From contig JASTWF010000035.1 of the NCBI GenBank assembly GCA_030390025.1, positions 1,178,001-1,242,000 of the forward strand: a stretch of 64,000 bases of DNA. Direction: 5' to 3'. Positions within the stretch are counted from its first letter, which is position 1. Every line of letters starts with the position of its first letter. The notes below the pieces were generated by a model. The model made no database searches. It was not told the DNA's origin and was given only the letters and a program-made list of their open reading frames with translations. The DNA comes from Squalus acanthias (taxonomy: Eukaryota). Of the stretch, positions 49,131 to 61,634 are shown piece after piece. A program made the position numbers and the translations under genes.

Positions 49131-50340
49131 ATGGGAACCATTTATTTCCTTTTTTCATGGACCTCAGATTCGGGTGAGGAGCAGCCACAGCAGCAGCAGA
49201 ACCAGGCAGCTCAGCAGCAACAGCAGCAGCAGCGCCAACCTCCTGCTCACCCACCTGATGCTGCACAGGGCAGAAGGCGCCAGCGCATCGAAGCACCTCG
49301 CCACAGGAGATACCCCCCTCTCAGTGTTTACAGACAGAGGATGAGCTACCTCATCATGAGTGAGCAGCAGTGCCAAAGGAGGCTGAGAATTTCGCGAGAG
49401 GTTGTCGGAGACATCGGCACACTGCTGCACCCAAACCTGGAGCCCAGAGGAGCGGGTGGACACCCCTTACCAGTGGCTGTCAAAGTCACCACCACACTCA
49501 ACTTTTTTGCCTCAGGCTCCTTCCAGGCATCAGCAGACATCAGCGGCATCTCCCAGTCGGCCGCCCACAGTTGCATCACGCAGGTTACTGATGCCCTTTC
49601 CGCAAATGCACACAATTACATCCACTTCTGAAGGGATCAAGCAAGTGTAACCGCGCGTTCGGTTGGCTTTGCAAATATGGCAAACTTACCAATGGTTCAG
49701 GGCATCATAGACTGCACACATGTGGCCCTTAGGGCACCCCATCACAACCCAGCTATCTTTGACAACCGCAAGGGCTTCCACTCCCTCAACGTACAGCTGG
49801 TGTGTAATCACAAGAAGGAGATTTTGCATGTTTGCGCCAAGTTCTGTGGTAGTTGCCATGACTCGTTCATCCTGCGGCAGTCTAGTGTTCCTCCGCTTTT
49901 CAATCCGCCAAACCAACTTAACGGATGGCTCCTTGGTGACAAGGGCTACCCCCTGAAGAAGTGGCTAATGACGCCGATCAGGAGGCCAGCTAACGAGGCT
50001 GAGGAGCGCTACAATGCCAGCCACATTTCGACCAGGTCCATCATTGAACAAACCATTGGCTTGCTGAAGATGCGATTCCGATGCCTTGACAGATCAGGTG
50101 GAGTCCTGCAGTACTCAGCAGCCAGGGTCTCTAGAATGGTCGTGGTCTGCTGTGCACTGCACAGCGTCGTGGCTTGCAGCTTCCTGATGAGCAAGTGGCT
50201 CAGTACATAGCCTCCTCAGATGAGGATGAGGAGGAGGAGGAGGAGGAGCGAGCGGCGTATCTACCAGCAGCAGCGGCAGCACGTGAGCACATTGCTGGCC
50301 GTGATGCAAGGGATGTACTTATCCTGGCCAGATTTGTATA
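49131..50340 (+). pseudogene. Harbinger B transposase (stop at ~49629, frameshift near 50170)
   Basis: MGTIY start; [32 protein letters not shown]. Confidence 0.9.
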
Positions 50341-50598
50341 GGTTGGCCATTGTGGCACATGTGCTTGGCTCCTTCTTAACACATGATAGACAATGGACAT
50401 GACTCTCTGCCCTCCTTTCACTCTGACCACCAACCTGACCACGCAAGTGTCACGGAGCCCGCAATGTGGAGCTGCCTAAGCCAAAATATCAGATGCCATC
50501 ACGCCAACAGTTTGCCATCACCTCATTTTAATACATTCACACAGGGATGGCATTTCATCAATAAACAGAAACAATCACCCAAGGGGCTACCCGTGTGA

Positions 50599-53175
50599 CT
50601 AATTGTGCTTTATTTTTCTCTTACGTGTGCTCCTATGTGGTGCTCCCCCTGTGGCTTCAGCAGAAGTGGAGGCCCCTTGCTCACTTTCATGCTGCTCCTG
50701 CTTCGACACATTTGGCGGGAGTCCTCTGGGTTTCTGAGCCTGTGAGGGCTCGCCAAACATATGCTCATCTTGCGACAGTGCAGGGGCTGAGATGCCCATC
50801 TTAGTTGGGTGCGGACTCTGGTGGGGCTCTGATCGAGGGCTATGCAAGTGGCATGGGAGTGTGAGCGCTTGGAGAGGAGCCCCCACTTCCTTGTTCTCTG
50901 CCACCAACTTCCCTCTCATGGGTCAGGTCCACCTCAGCGCTTGCAAGTGACTTCAGAGCACCTTGCTGCACATCAGGGGGGCCATGGGGACCCATATCTG
51001 CACTGGCAGTCCTACTCAAAAAGACTTCCATGAAGCTCTGGTTTCTCTGCTCAATAGCTGCCCATCGCTCTTCCAGAGATGTCAGTCTATTCTGAATATT
51101 CACCATGTTTTCCTGACTCTGGCAACTTAGGTCCTCCATGGCCGTAGCCATCCTCTCCTCTACCGTAGACACCCTTTCCAGAGAGAACGATTAGGCAGAG
51201 GGGGGATGGGGTGGAGGGGGGAGCGGACGGGGAGGAGGGGTGGAAGGGGAGGGGGAGGGGAGGAGGTGGATGATGAGGTGGAGGGGGGAGGGGAGGAGAG
51301 GAGGTGGGAGGGGAGGGGGGAAGGGGAGGGGGAAGGGGAGGAGGGAGGGGAGAGGTGGAGGAGTGAGGGGAGGGGGTGGAGGGTGCAGCCGATCCGCTCG
51401 TGCCGGGTTTACAACCCCTGCCGAAATGGAGTTTCACCCCTTCCCCCTTTCAAATTTCAAATGAATTTTGACCATTAGCAAATCAAACAGCAGAGGTTAA
51501 TCCCCGGTCCAACTCAAAAGAACGTAAGAACATAAGAAATAGGAGCAGGAGTAGGCCAGTCGGCCCCTCGAGCCTGCTCCGCCATTCAATAAGATCATGG
51601 CTGATCTGATCCTAACCTCAAATCTAAAGAACACAAGAAGTAGGAGCAGGACCCGGCCACTCAGCCCCTGGGCCCGCTCCGCCACCCACAGGGCCTTGAC
51701 CGATCCAAAGGTAGGCACCCTTTCCAGAGAGGTAGCCATCGTTACCACGGGGGTAGCCATCCTTTCCACGGAGGTAGCCATCCTTTCCACGGAGGTTGCC
51801 ATCCTTTCCATGGTGGTGCGTTCAGGCGCCATTGCCTCCACAAAGGCACTGCTCATGTTAGAGTTGGACTCCTCCATCCTCTCCACACTCGCAGTGACCC
51901 TGGAGACAAAACCTGCCAGAGACTCCTGCACCTGCTCCTGGAGTTCCAGCACCGCTCTCCTTCTGGATGGACCCAGAGGCACAGGGTCCACATGCAGCGG
52001 AGCAAAGCTAGGAGAGTCCTGCGATCTCCGATGAGGACTCTCCACTGCTGTCCCTGTCTCCACCACCTGCTGATGCTCACCTGTGAGCTGTGATACACCA
52101 GGTGACAACACTACTCTATGTCCCAAAGGTCCCACCGAGGTGTGCGTATCTGCGTTGGTGCTGGGTGCGCTTACATCTGCTGACGCTGCATCCTCAGAGG
52201 TTGTAGGTTTCCCTGAGGAGTCTTCAGGCTCAGCCTCTTCCTCGTCGACAGTTGGGGGTGGGGGGCTCTGTGGACGGTCCTGTGGGGGAGTAAAGGCATA
52301 GGTTAGACATTTGACGGAAGTGTGGCATGCACATGCAATAGTGCAGATGCTCAAGTGGCATTCTAATAATGTACACCAGCAGCCATTTCAGTTACTCAAG
52401 CAGTGTAAATGAGAGAGATGCAAAACTATTCTGTCACCAGCTTGGTCTGCATTGCCCGTCTGTCCGTCTCCCACTTCCACCTCCACCTCTGCGCCGGTGA
52501 TGTCCAGGCCTGCCTCTTCAGCCTGGGTGAGATGGGCTAGGGAAGGTGGCCCTCCTCCTGCCTTTGCCCTTTCCCTTCTATTGTGGGCTCTCTTTTCCTG
52601 CAGTGAGGGAGACAAGTGGAGTTGGAGTGAGAATGATGGAGTGAGTGTAGAGAGTCCAGAGCATAGACGCTTAGAAGGAGACAAAGATGGAGTGAAGTTC
52701 CATGTCCAAGGGCCCTCCCTGTGCGTTGTTAGTTGTTGTCATTGCATAACATTGAAAGGGAGTGTGAGGGCAGCATAGTCGAATAGTGAAGTGATTGGGT
52801 TCATAGAGTGAGAGGAATGGTGAAGGGTGAAAGGGTTGTAAGGGTAAGGTGGGATGTGTAGGAGGAGGTTGACAATGCAGAGTGCTGGTGATGAGAGGAG
52901 AAGGGGAGCAGAAGGAGGGTCAAGCTGAAGGTATACTCACTCTGGCTGATCTTACAAGGTCTTTGAACCTTTTATGGCACTGCAGCCATGTTCTGCTGCA
53001 CACAGATCTGGAGGTTATATCCCTTGCCAGCTGGACCCACAGTCTTGGTTTCTTTGGGAGGCCTCTTCCTCCCAGATGAGGGGAAGAGCACCTCCCTGCT
53101 AGCTCTCACCCCCTCAACCAGGATACCCAGCGCCTCATCCGAGAACCTCGGGGAGGCCCTCTTGGAACTGGCCAT
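50599..53175 (-). pseudogene. Harbinger B Myb/SANT-like gene, 3 exons (~53175-52941, 52597-52438, 52279-50599), with an insertion
   Basis: MASSKRASPRFSDEALGILVEGV | EKRAHNRRERAKAGGG | ERMATSV heptads...RKRKIKHN, with GT-AG sites. Confidence 0.82.
51186..51710 (-). mobile_element. Composite retro-insert: CR1 double 3' end plus ~330 bp of extra downstream sequence, 21-bp TSD
   Basis: gtag(a/g)caccctttccagagag at 51165-51185 and 51711-51731. Confidence 0.7.
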
Positions 53176-53516
53176 TCTTCTCTGTGATGAAAGTTTGGAG
53201 GTGGTGCGGCATCGACCAAAAACCAATGGAATGAGCCAAGGCAGCAAGCAGCCTTAAATGAAGCTGGATAAGTGACGTCAGCAGAGGCAAGTTTCAGTCC
53301 TAAAAGACTAATTGGCCCAGGGGAACCCACACATCTGAAAGTAACTGGCCAATTAGGGGAAAATCCAAACTTTTTCCCACCTGACAGTGGTGGCGGGTTC
53401 GGAATCCGCCCAAACCGAAACCCGCCTCCAACCTGCCTCCAATGGGAAAATCGCCCCGATGTCTCTGGATTATTCGTCCAGGCCTCTGGATTACTAGTCC
53501 AGTAACATAACACTCT

Positions 53517-54350
53517 GGAGGGAATTTTGCCAGCCCTGGGGAGGCAGGTATGGAGGCAGGACTGCCAGGAAAATGGCAGAAACTGGGAACGGGTACCGAA
53601 CCCGCTCCCAACCCGCCACCGTGCCATCTTCCCGGGAGGCGGGTGCCTGACTCATGCAGGGACCCGTCTCCTCGAGGCGGGAAGGGGATTACAGCCAATT
53701 AACTGCCTGTTAACAGGTAGTTAAGAGGCTTATCCCCATTTTACCCACACAAGTGCGGGCTTCCCGAAGGCTGCGAACCTCGCCAGGGTCAGCGAGGCGA
53801 GCAGTGGGTCTGCGGGGGTGAGAGGGGTCCAAAAGTGCGCTGTGGAGGTGAGTGATGGGTGCAAGTGTGGAGAGGTAAGTATGGGAGGTGAGTGTAAAGT
53901 GTTAGAAAAAGTTTACTTACCTTTGCTTCTTCCTGCAGGCTTCAACCCTTGGGGATCCGGAGGCTCCTCATCTCAACGGCAGAGATGACAGAATGGCTGC
54001 TGCATTCTCAGATGCAGCAGCCATCTGATTTCTGCTGAGGAAAGAGGTTTGGTGAGTCTTCAGTACAAGGACTCACCTTAGAACAGAGATTATCAGTGTT
54101 TGACCGCTTCTCAAAGCGGTCAAACGCTAACAATTCATCTGTCAAAATTTTTTGACAGAAGAAACGTCATACGCTGACGTCCTCTGTCACCGGCTTCTCC
54201 TTAATTGGCCTGCTAAGCCCGCAGGGTGGGCTTAACAAGGTCAATCAAGGGAAAATAGCATGGGTTGGCTGGATGTCGTTGGGGGCGGGACTGAAACCGG
54301 AAAAACAGTAGTCCTGCCCCCAATGCGTCCCCATTGATAAAATCCAGCCC
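53517..54350. mobile_element. Non-autonomous Harbinger-type element with internal hairpins
   Basis: Ends ggagggaatttt / aaaatccagccc; three internal palindromes. Confidence 0.6.
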
Positions 54351-54488
54351 TATGTTACCATAAACATTCTTGGGGTATTGGGACCAGTTCGGGGAAGGAG
54401 TACCTGTACAAGATGGAACTTGCTTCCTTCTCTTAGGTGTTTCTTGCACTCTCTCCCCTTTGACACTCTTGTGTATCCTTATTTTCAG

Positions 54489-54666
54489 TTTCATATTACC
54501 AACACTCTTCAGCAGCTGCAGCCGACAGGAATTAATGAGAAACCTGGACCATGGTTTAGGGATCTGTCTCTACAACATGCCGAGACTGGACATGCTGGTT
54601 GGAGGCCCCGAGTGTGGCAACCTGTACGTGGAGAAAGGCGAGGAGTGTGACTGCGGCAAGCCTGAG
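54489..54666 (+). CDS. ADAM exon: end of metalloprotease domain and start of disintegrin domain (ADAM15/ADAM12-like)
   Basis: Acceptor attttcag, donor gtagg at 54667. The first base completes the split Gly codon, then FILPTLFSSCSRQELMRNLDHGLGICLYNMPRLDMLVGGPECGNLYVEKGEECDCGKPE. CGN..VE.GEECDCG is the ADAM disintegrin start. The paralog is not assigned with certainty. Confidence 0.93.
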
Positions 54667-56329
54667 GTAGGGAGGAGCCAGTTGAGTCTGGTGATGTGGA
54701 AGGGCTCACTGTGGGGACCTACAGGTGATATCGTTATAGCTGATAGGAAGCCTGAATGTCGTGGCAAACCATAAACTTGTACTTGTATTTCCTATAGAAC
54801 AGTGGCTACGTGTAAATATCGGATTGGTTCTGTGATGATTTGGCTTTGTTTGGATAGACCACTTTATTTTACCAATACAAGCCTTGAAGTGATAGTTTGT
54901 GACTTTAGTGCATGAACATTTAGGCCCCGATATTAATGCAAAGTGTGAGGGGGGAATTGCGTGCGTCAAACTCAGAAGAAAACCTAGCGGGTACGATTCT
55001 CTGATTTAAACTTGATTGACTGATCACCTCTGCTGAAGCCACACAGGATGCACCACGTAGAAGTGGTAGGAAGCATAATTTAAAACAATTGTAATTCACC
55101 GAGGGTGTGCACATGAATGTTTGACAAAATGATGACCTAGATTTTGCGGTCGGCGGCGTCCAAACCGAATGTGCACTTAACTGCTGGGAACCCGGACCCG
55201 AGAAGTTGCTGTCAGATGCTGCGGAGTAGAGTGCAGTGTAGTGGCCCACGGATCCCAGGGGCGCATCGTGTGCGTAAGCATACCTGAGATCACGTGGGCC
55301 GCTGCTCCAATCAGCAAACAGAAGGTCTAGCAGAACTTGCGTATTAGCATCGCTAGTGCAATGCTTTCTGCTGCTTAAAGTATTTGTTACGGGCTGCAAG
55401 AATGACTCACATGCTGACATCGAAGAGTTATAAATGCAGAAACATGCAGAACTGCACAATATTTCTCTGGATATTTGTTGAGTTAATCCCCAACTAAATT
55501 AACCTTTAAATCAGTGGACACTATTAAAGTGAGGCTCAAAAGGTTTAAAATTACTCTCAAGTTAGAAATCGTTAGTCCTTCCACTTCAGTACTTCGAAAA
55601 TAACTTCAATTTGTGATTTTGGGGTCTGGGTGTGTGCAGAATGCATTTTGTAAGTCATCTACATTTTCATTTTTTTCCTCCCAGCAAAAACATTTTAAAA
55701 ACCTGAGAATAATGCTTTCTTCAAATATCTATTGGAAGACAGCTCTTTACTTTTCATGGACAAAATCCTGTGTGTCATATGTAAATGCTTCCATTTCGGC
55801 CTCATATAGCTTTTAAAATTACTTGGAATTGTCAGGAGTTATCCCCTTACGCTTGCCAACATGCCCTGTGCCTGTTTGCACAAGCCGTAAAATTTTCATA
55901 CGTAATTGTTAGGCAGTTGGTGGGCAATTAGCCCAACTCTACGCCAGCAATTAGGATTTCAGTGTCGGTGTGGATCATCTGTCAATTCGGAACCTGACAG
56001 GTCACAAGTTCGGGATATAGCGCATGAAATCCCGAACTTGCTGTCCATTTCAAAGGCGGTATGATGGCAAATCCTGGCCCGTTATGTTGTTAACGGCACA
56101 TAAAATTTATTGATTAGCACCACTTCCACGTCTTGCCCGTAATTGAGTCGCGAGTGCCAACTTGCCCTTTCACTTGCTTCATGATGAATATCAACACATG
56201 ACAGATGTGCAATGGGTGTATGCGTGGTTGAAGGTGGTGGATCGGGCCGGAGGATTTTCTTTTAAATTTTCCTGTGTGAGTCACCACTAGCTGAACCTTC
56301 GAGCTATTAGGGCATCCCTTGCATAAGAG

Positions 56330-57611
56330 CATAAGAACATAAGAAATAGGAGCAGGAGTCGGCCATATGGTCCATCGAGCCTGCTCTGCCATTCAATAAA
56401 TTCATAACTTCTACATCAACTTCATTTTCCCGCCCGTTCCCCACATCCCTTAATTCCCTTAGCCCAAAAATCTATCGATCTCAGTCTTGAATATACTCAA
56501 CGACTGAGCATCCACAGCCCTCTGGGGTAGAGAATTCCAAAGATTCACCACCCTCAATTTTTCCCTTATATCTTTATTCATCCATGGTGTCTCATTAGTG
56601 TTTAGCTTGTTCTTGTTTCTTAGCGGAATATATTTTTCCTGGAATCTGTTCAACACCCTTTTAAAATATAAGAAATAGGAACAGGAGTAGGCCATTTGGC
56701 TCTTCGAGCCTACTCTGCCGTTCAATAAGATCATGGCTGATCTTCTACCTCATCTCCACTTTCCTGCACTATCCCCATATCCCTAGATACCCTTAATATT
56801 CAAAAATCTATCGATCTCTGTTTTGAATATACTCAACGACTGAGCCTTCACAGCCCTCTGGGGTAGAGAATTCCAAAGATTCACCACCCTCTGAGTGAAG
56901 AAATTTCTCCTCATCTCAGTCCTAAATGGCCTTATCCTGAGACTGTGACCCCTAGTTCTAAACTCTTCAGCCAGGGGGAACAGCCTCTCCGCATCTATCC
57001 TGTCAAACCCTCTAAGAACTTTATATGTTTCAATGAGATCACCTCTCATTCTTCTAAACTGTGGAGAATATCGGCCCATTCTACTCAATCTCTCCTCATA
57101 GGACAACCCTCCCATCCCAGGAAACAATCTAGTGAACCTTTATTGCACTCCCTCTAAGGCAAGTATATCCTTCCTTAGGTAAGGAGACCAAAACTGTACA
57201 CAGTACTCCAGGTGTGGTCTCACCAAAGCCCTATATAAATGAAGCAAGACTTCCTTACTCTGATACTGCAAACCTCTTGCACTAAAGGCTAACATGCTAT
57301 TTGCCTTCTTAATTTCTTGCTGTACCTGAATGTTAACTTTCAGTGATTCGTGTACAAGCACACACATATCCCTCTGAATCCCAACATTTAATGGTCTCTT
57401 TTAAAAACTAAGCTGCTTTTTCATTCTTCCTACCAAAGTAGATAATTTCATACTTCCCCACATTATACTCATTCTACCTCTTTCTTGCCCAATCACTTAA
57501 CCTGTCTATATCCCTTTGCAGCCTCTTTACATCCTCCTCACAGCTTTCTTTCCCACCTAGCTTTGTATCGTCAGCAAACTTTGATATATTACACTTGGTC
57601 CCCTCATCTAA
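56330..57611 (-). mobile_element. CR1 3' fragments
   Basis: ORFs 56459-57367 with CR1 RT C-terminal motifs and tails. Confidence 0.85.
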
Positions 57612-60600
57612 GTAATTACTTCCAGTGCCACGTGCTAGTGAGTACAGGAATAGGAGGATAGAACAGATGAGTGCGTGGCTGGAGAGATGGTGCAGGAGGG
57701 AGGGTATTAGATTCCTGAGGCATTGAGACCGTGTCTGGGGAAGGTGGGACCTGTACAAGCCGGATGGGTTACACCTCAACAGAGCCAGAATCAATATTCT
57801 CGCGGGGAGGTTTGTTAGTGCTGTTGGGGAGAGTTTAAACTAGCTTGGCAGAGGGATGGGCACCAGCATATAGGAGTAGAAAGGAGGAATAAGGTGCATA
57901 AAAGAGTGAGTGTGTTGGATAGTACAGGTTGAGCGTCCCAAATCCGGAGTTCCAGAATCCAGAATGTTCTGGAATCCGGACTCCGGGACGATTGGTGGCA
58001 GGGGTCCGGAATCCGTAAAATGTTCCGGAATCCGGACACCCTGAGGGAGGGTTACCAAAAACTGGAAATAGCGCAACCTGGGCCCAGGCATTTCCGTACT
58101 TCGGAACGTGTTTCTGATGTCCGAAGTCCGGAAATATCGCAACCTGGGCTCGGGCGTTTCCGGACTTCGGACATCAGAAACACGTTCCGAAGTATGGAAA
58201 AACCCGAAAACCGGCTCGGCCTCGGTCCCGAGGTTGCCGGATTCGGGATGCTCAACCTGTACTAGAGAAGATAGTAGTACTAGAGGCGGTAGTAGTACCA
58301 TATTAGATAGGAGCAGACTAAGAAAGACTTTGAAAAATTAAAAAATAGGTTTAGAATGCATGTTGGAAACGCACAAAGTGTGGTGAATAAGGTTGGTGAG
58401 CTACAAGCACAATTAGCCGTGTGGCAATATGATGTTGTGGCAATAATGGAAACGTGGCTTAAAAAGGGTGAGGACTGGGCACTTAATATTCAAGGGTACA
58501 AGGTGTTCAGAAAAGATAGGGAAGAAAAAAAGGGAGGTGGGGTGGCAGTGCTGATTAAGGAAGACATTGTAGTGTTGGAAAGGGAGGATGTTCTTGAGGG
58601 GACAAGGACAGAATCCATTTGGTTAGAGTTGAGAATCAAAAAGGGAATGATCACGCAATTGGGGGTATTCTATAGGCCTCCAAATAGTGAGAGGGAGGTA
58701 GAGGAGCAAATCTGCAGGGAAATCGCAGAGATATGCAAGAGCTATAGAGTGCTGATATTGGGGGATTTTAATTACCCAAATATCGATTGGGATAATGCTA
58801 GGGTAAAGGGAAAGGAGGGGGAGGAATTTCTGAAATGTGTTCAGGAGAATTTCCTTGACCAATATGTTCTTGGCCCAACTAGGAAGGAGGCATTGCTGGA
58901 TCTGGTGCTGGGGAATGAGGTGGGCCAGGTCGACCAAGTGTCTGTGGGTGAACACTTGGGTACGAGTGATCATCGTATCATAAGATTTAGATTAGCAATG
59001 GAGAGGAGCAAGGAACAATCTAGAGTGGAACTTCTAAACTGAAATAGGGCTAACTTCAATGGGATGTGAAAGGATCTAGCCAGGGTAAAATTGAATCAAA
59101 AACTGTAACGGAACAATGGGTGATCAAGGAGGAGATGTTCCAAATACAGGCTAGGTACATTCCAACAAGAGGGAAGGGTAAGGGAACCAAAGCAAGGGCT
59201 CCTTGGATGACGAGGGAGATAGAGAAGATGATGAAAGAAAAAAAGAGGGTGTATGATGCATGTCAGGTGAATTCTTCAAGGGAGAACCAGAACAAATACA
59301 ATAAGTTGAGAGGGGATGTGAAGATGAAAATAAGATTGGCAAAGAGAGAATATGAGAGTAGAATGCGATTAACATAAAAGGGAACACAAAAATATTCTAC
59401 TGGCATGTAAACATTAAGCGGGTAGTAAGAGGTGGGGCCTATTAGAGACAAAGAATGTGATACATGCTTAGAGGCACAGGGCAAGGCTAGAATACTCACT
59501 GAGTACTTTGTATCGGTGGTTACTAAGGAGGATGTACTAGAAAGGCTGAGTATGCTTCGAGTGGCCAAGTCGCCTGGTCCAGATGGCTTGCATCCCAGGT
59601 TGCTAAGGGAAATTGGGGGAGGAGATAGCGGAAGGGCTTGCCATAATTTTCCAATCTTCCCTAGATGCGGGGGAGGTGCCTGAGGATTGGAAAGTGGCAA
59701 ATGTGACACCATTGTTCAAAAAAAGGGTGTAAGAACAATCCTAGTAACTACAGGCCGGTCAGTTTAACATCAGTGGTGGGTAAAGTTTTAGAAACAATAA
59801 TCAAGGAAAATATTAACGAGCACTTGGCGAGGTTTAAGCTAATTAAAGAGAGCCAACACGGATTTGTAAAAGGCAGATCGTGTTTGACTAATCTAATTGA
59901 TTTTTTTGATGAAGTAACAGAGAGGATTGATGAAGGGAATGCAATGGATGTTGTCTACATGGATTTTAGGAAGGCATTTGACAAAGTACCACATAGAAGG
60001 CTGGTTAACAAAATTGGGGCTCACGGAATAGATGGGTCAGTGGCAGCTTGGATAAGGAATTGGCTTAAGGACAGAAAACAGCGAGTTGTCGTAAATGGCT
60101 GTTTTTCAGACTGGAGGATGGTAGACAGTAGTGTTCCCCAAAGGTCAGTGCTGGGGCCACTATTGGAATACAGAGTAGAATTTCTAAATTTGCCAATGAC
60201 ACCATACTTGGGGGTGTAGCAAACAGTGATGATGTTATCAATTGACTGCAACAGGACATAGAAAGGCTAGCAGAATGGGCAGACAAGTGGCAGATGGAAT
60301 TTAATACAGAGAAGTGTGAGGTGATGCATTTTGGCAGAAGGAACAGGGAGAGGCAATATACACTTAATGGCACAGTTTTAAAGAGTGTGCAGGTACTGAG
60401 GGACCTGGGAGTTAATGTGCATAGGTCCCCGAAGGTGGCAGGACATATTGAGAGAGTGGTTAGCAAAGCATATGGGATCTTGGGCTTCATAAATAGAGGT
60501 ATTGAGTACAAAAGTAGAGAAGTTATGTTGAATCTTTATAAAGCGCTGGTTCGGCCACAACTGGAGTATTGCGTCCAGTTCTGATCACCACATAGGAAGG

Positions 60601-61075
60601 ATGTGAAGACCCTTGAGAGGGTGCAGAGGAGATTTACCAGAATGGTTCCGGGGATGGGGGATCTTAGCTACAAGGACAAGCTGGATTTATTTTCATTAGA
60701 GCAAAAGAAATTGAGGGGTGATTTGATAGAGGTGTACAAGATTATGACTGGTTTGGATAGGCTAGACGGGGAAAGGCTGTTCCCACTAGTTGATGGTACA
60801 AGGACTAGAGGACACAGATTTAAGGTTTTGAGCAAGAGATACCGGGGGGATGTGAGGAAAAACTTTTTTACGCAGCGAGTGATGATGACCTGGAATTTGC
60901 TGCTGGTGGAAGCGGAGACACTCAATGTTTTCAAGGGGAGACTGGATAGGCACTTGAGGGAAATAAACTTGCAGGTTTACAGCAGGGGAATTGGACTGAC
61001 TGGATTGCTCTACAGAGAGCCAGCACGGACTCAATGGGACAAATAACCTCCTTCTGTGTCGTTATGACTCTATAT
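57612..61075 (+). mobile_element. Degenerate CR1 (ORF1 end + ORF2)
   Basis: ORFs 58356-61046 carry EN/RT motifs with many frameshifts. Confidence 0.88.
57925..58259. mobile_element. pogo/Tigger-like MITE, 335 bp, TA TSD
   Basis: TIR caggttgagc(g/a)tccc(a/g)aatccgg at both ends, flanked by ta (57923-57924 / 58260-58261). Confidence 0.88.
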
Positions 61076-61634
61076 CAAGAACAAGATGGGCTTTTGCATG
61101 GTTACCATTACTGATACTAGCTTTTCATTCCAGATTTATTTCATTAACTGAATTTAAATTCTCTAGTTGCCATGGTGGGATTTGAACTCATGTCTCGTGG
61201 AATCATTAATCCAGGTTTCTCTGGATTCCTAGCCCAGTGACATTACTACTATGCTACCGTTCCCACCAATCTTGACATACTTTCTAAAGTGTGGAGCCGA
61301 GAATTGGATGTAATACTCCAGCTGAGGTCTAACCAATAATTTATGAAGGTTTTGCATAACTTTCTTGCTGTTGTATTCAATGCCTCTGATTAAAAAGTCA
61401 AGGAGTGTTTGATGGGACAGTGTAGAGGAAGTTCAGATTGCCCGATATGAATGAAGTTATTGACTTCCTTGTCCAGTGTCCTATTGAAAGCATCCATGAT
61501 GCCCCCCACCCTGATATTGCCTGTTTGAAAGCCTCCATTCTTTGCAAAAACGTCTTTATTCACAAGAAATCTCTGCAAAATTTTTGCCAGAGGGAACTGA
61601 CAAATCAGCTGTAAGCACTGAAACTTTATTAATA

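Larger units (their letters stand above)
48698..53458. mobile_element. Harbinger family B copy 2, both ends present, decayed
   Basis: TIRs ggggcgatttt / aaaatcgcccc. The host repeat rejoins as gaactcatgtctc (compare ~61184-61196). Transposase on + and Myb gene on -. Confidence 0.9.

Noticed and set aside
51087..51478. Pro-rich and Gly/Glu-rich ORFs
   Set aside because: They are translations of the low-complexity G tract.
54370..54774. 134-aa ORF as a standalone gene
   Set aside because: Only 54489-54666 is ADAM-like and splice-bounded; the rest is intronic read-through.
54920..56260. Possible further Harbinger-like MITEs and ORF 54920-55459
   Set aside because: TIR-like words are present, but ends and TSDs could not be paired confidently, and the ORF has no recognisable motif.
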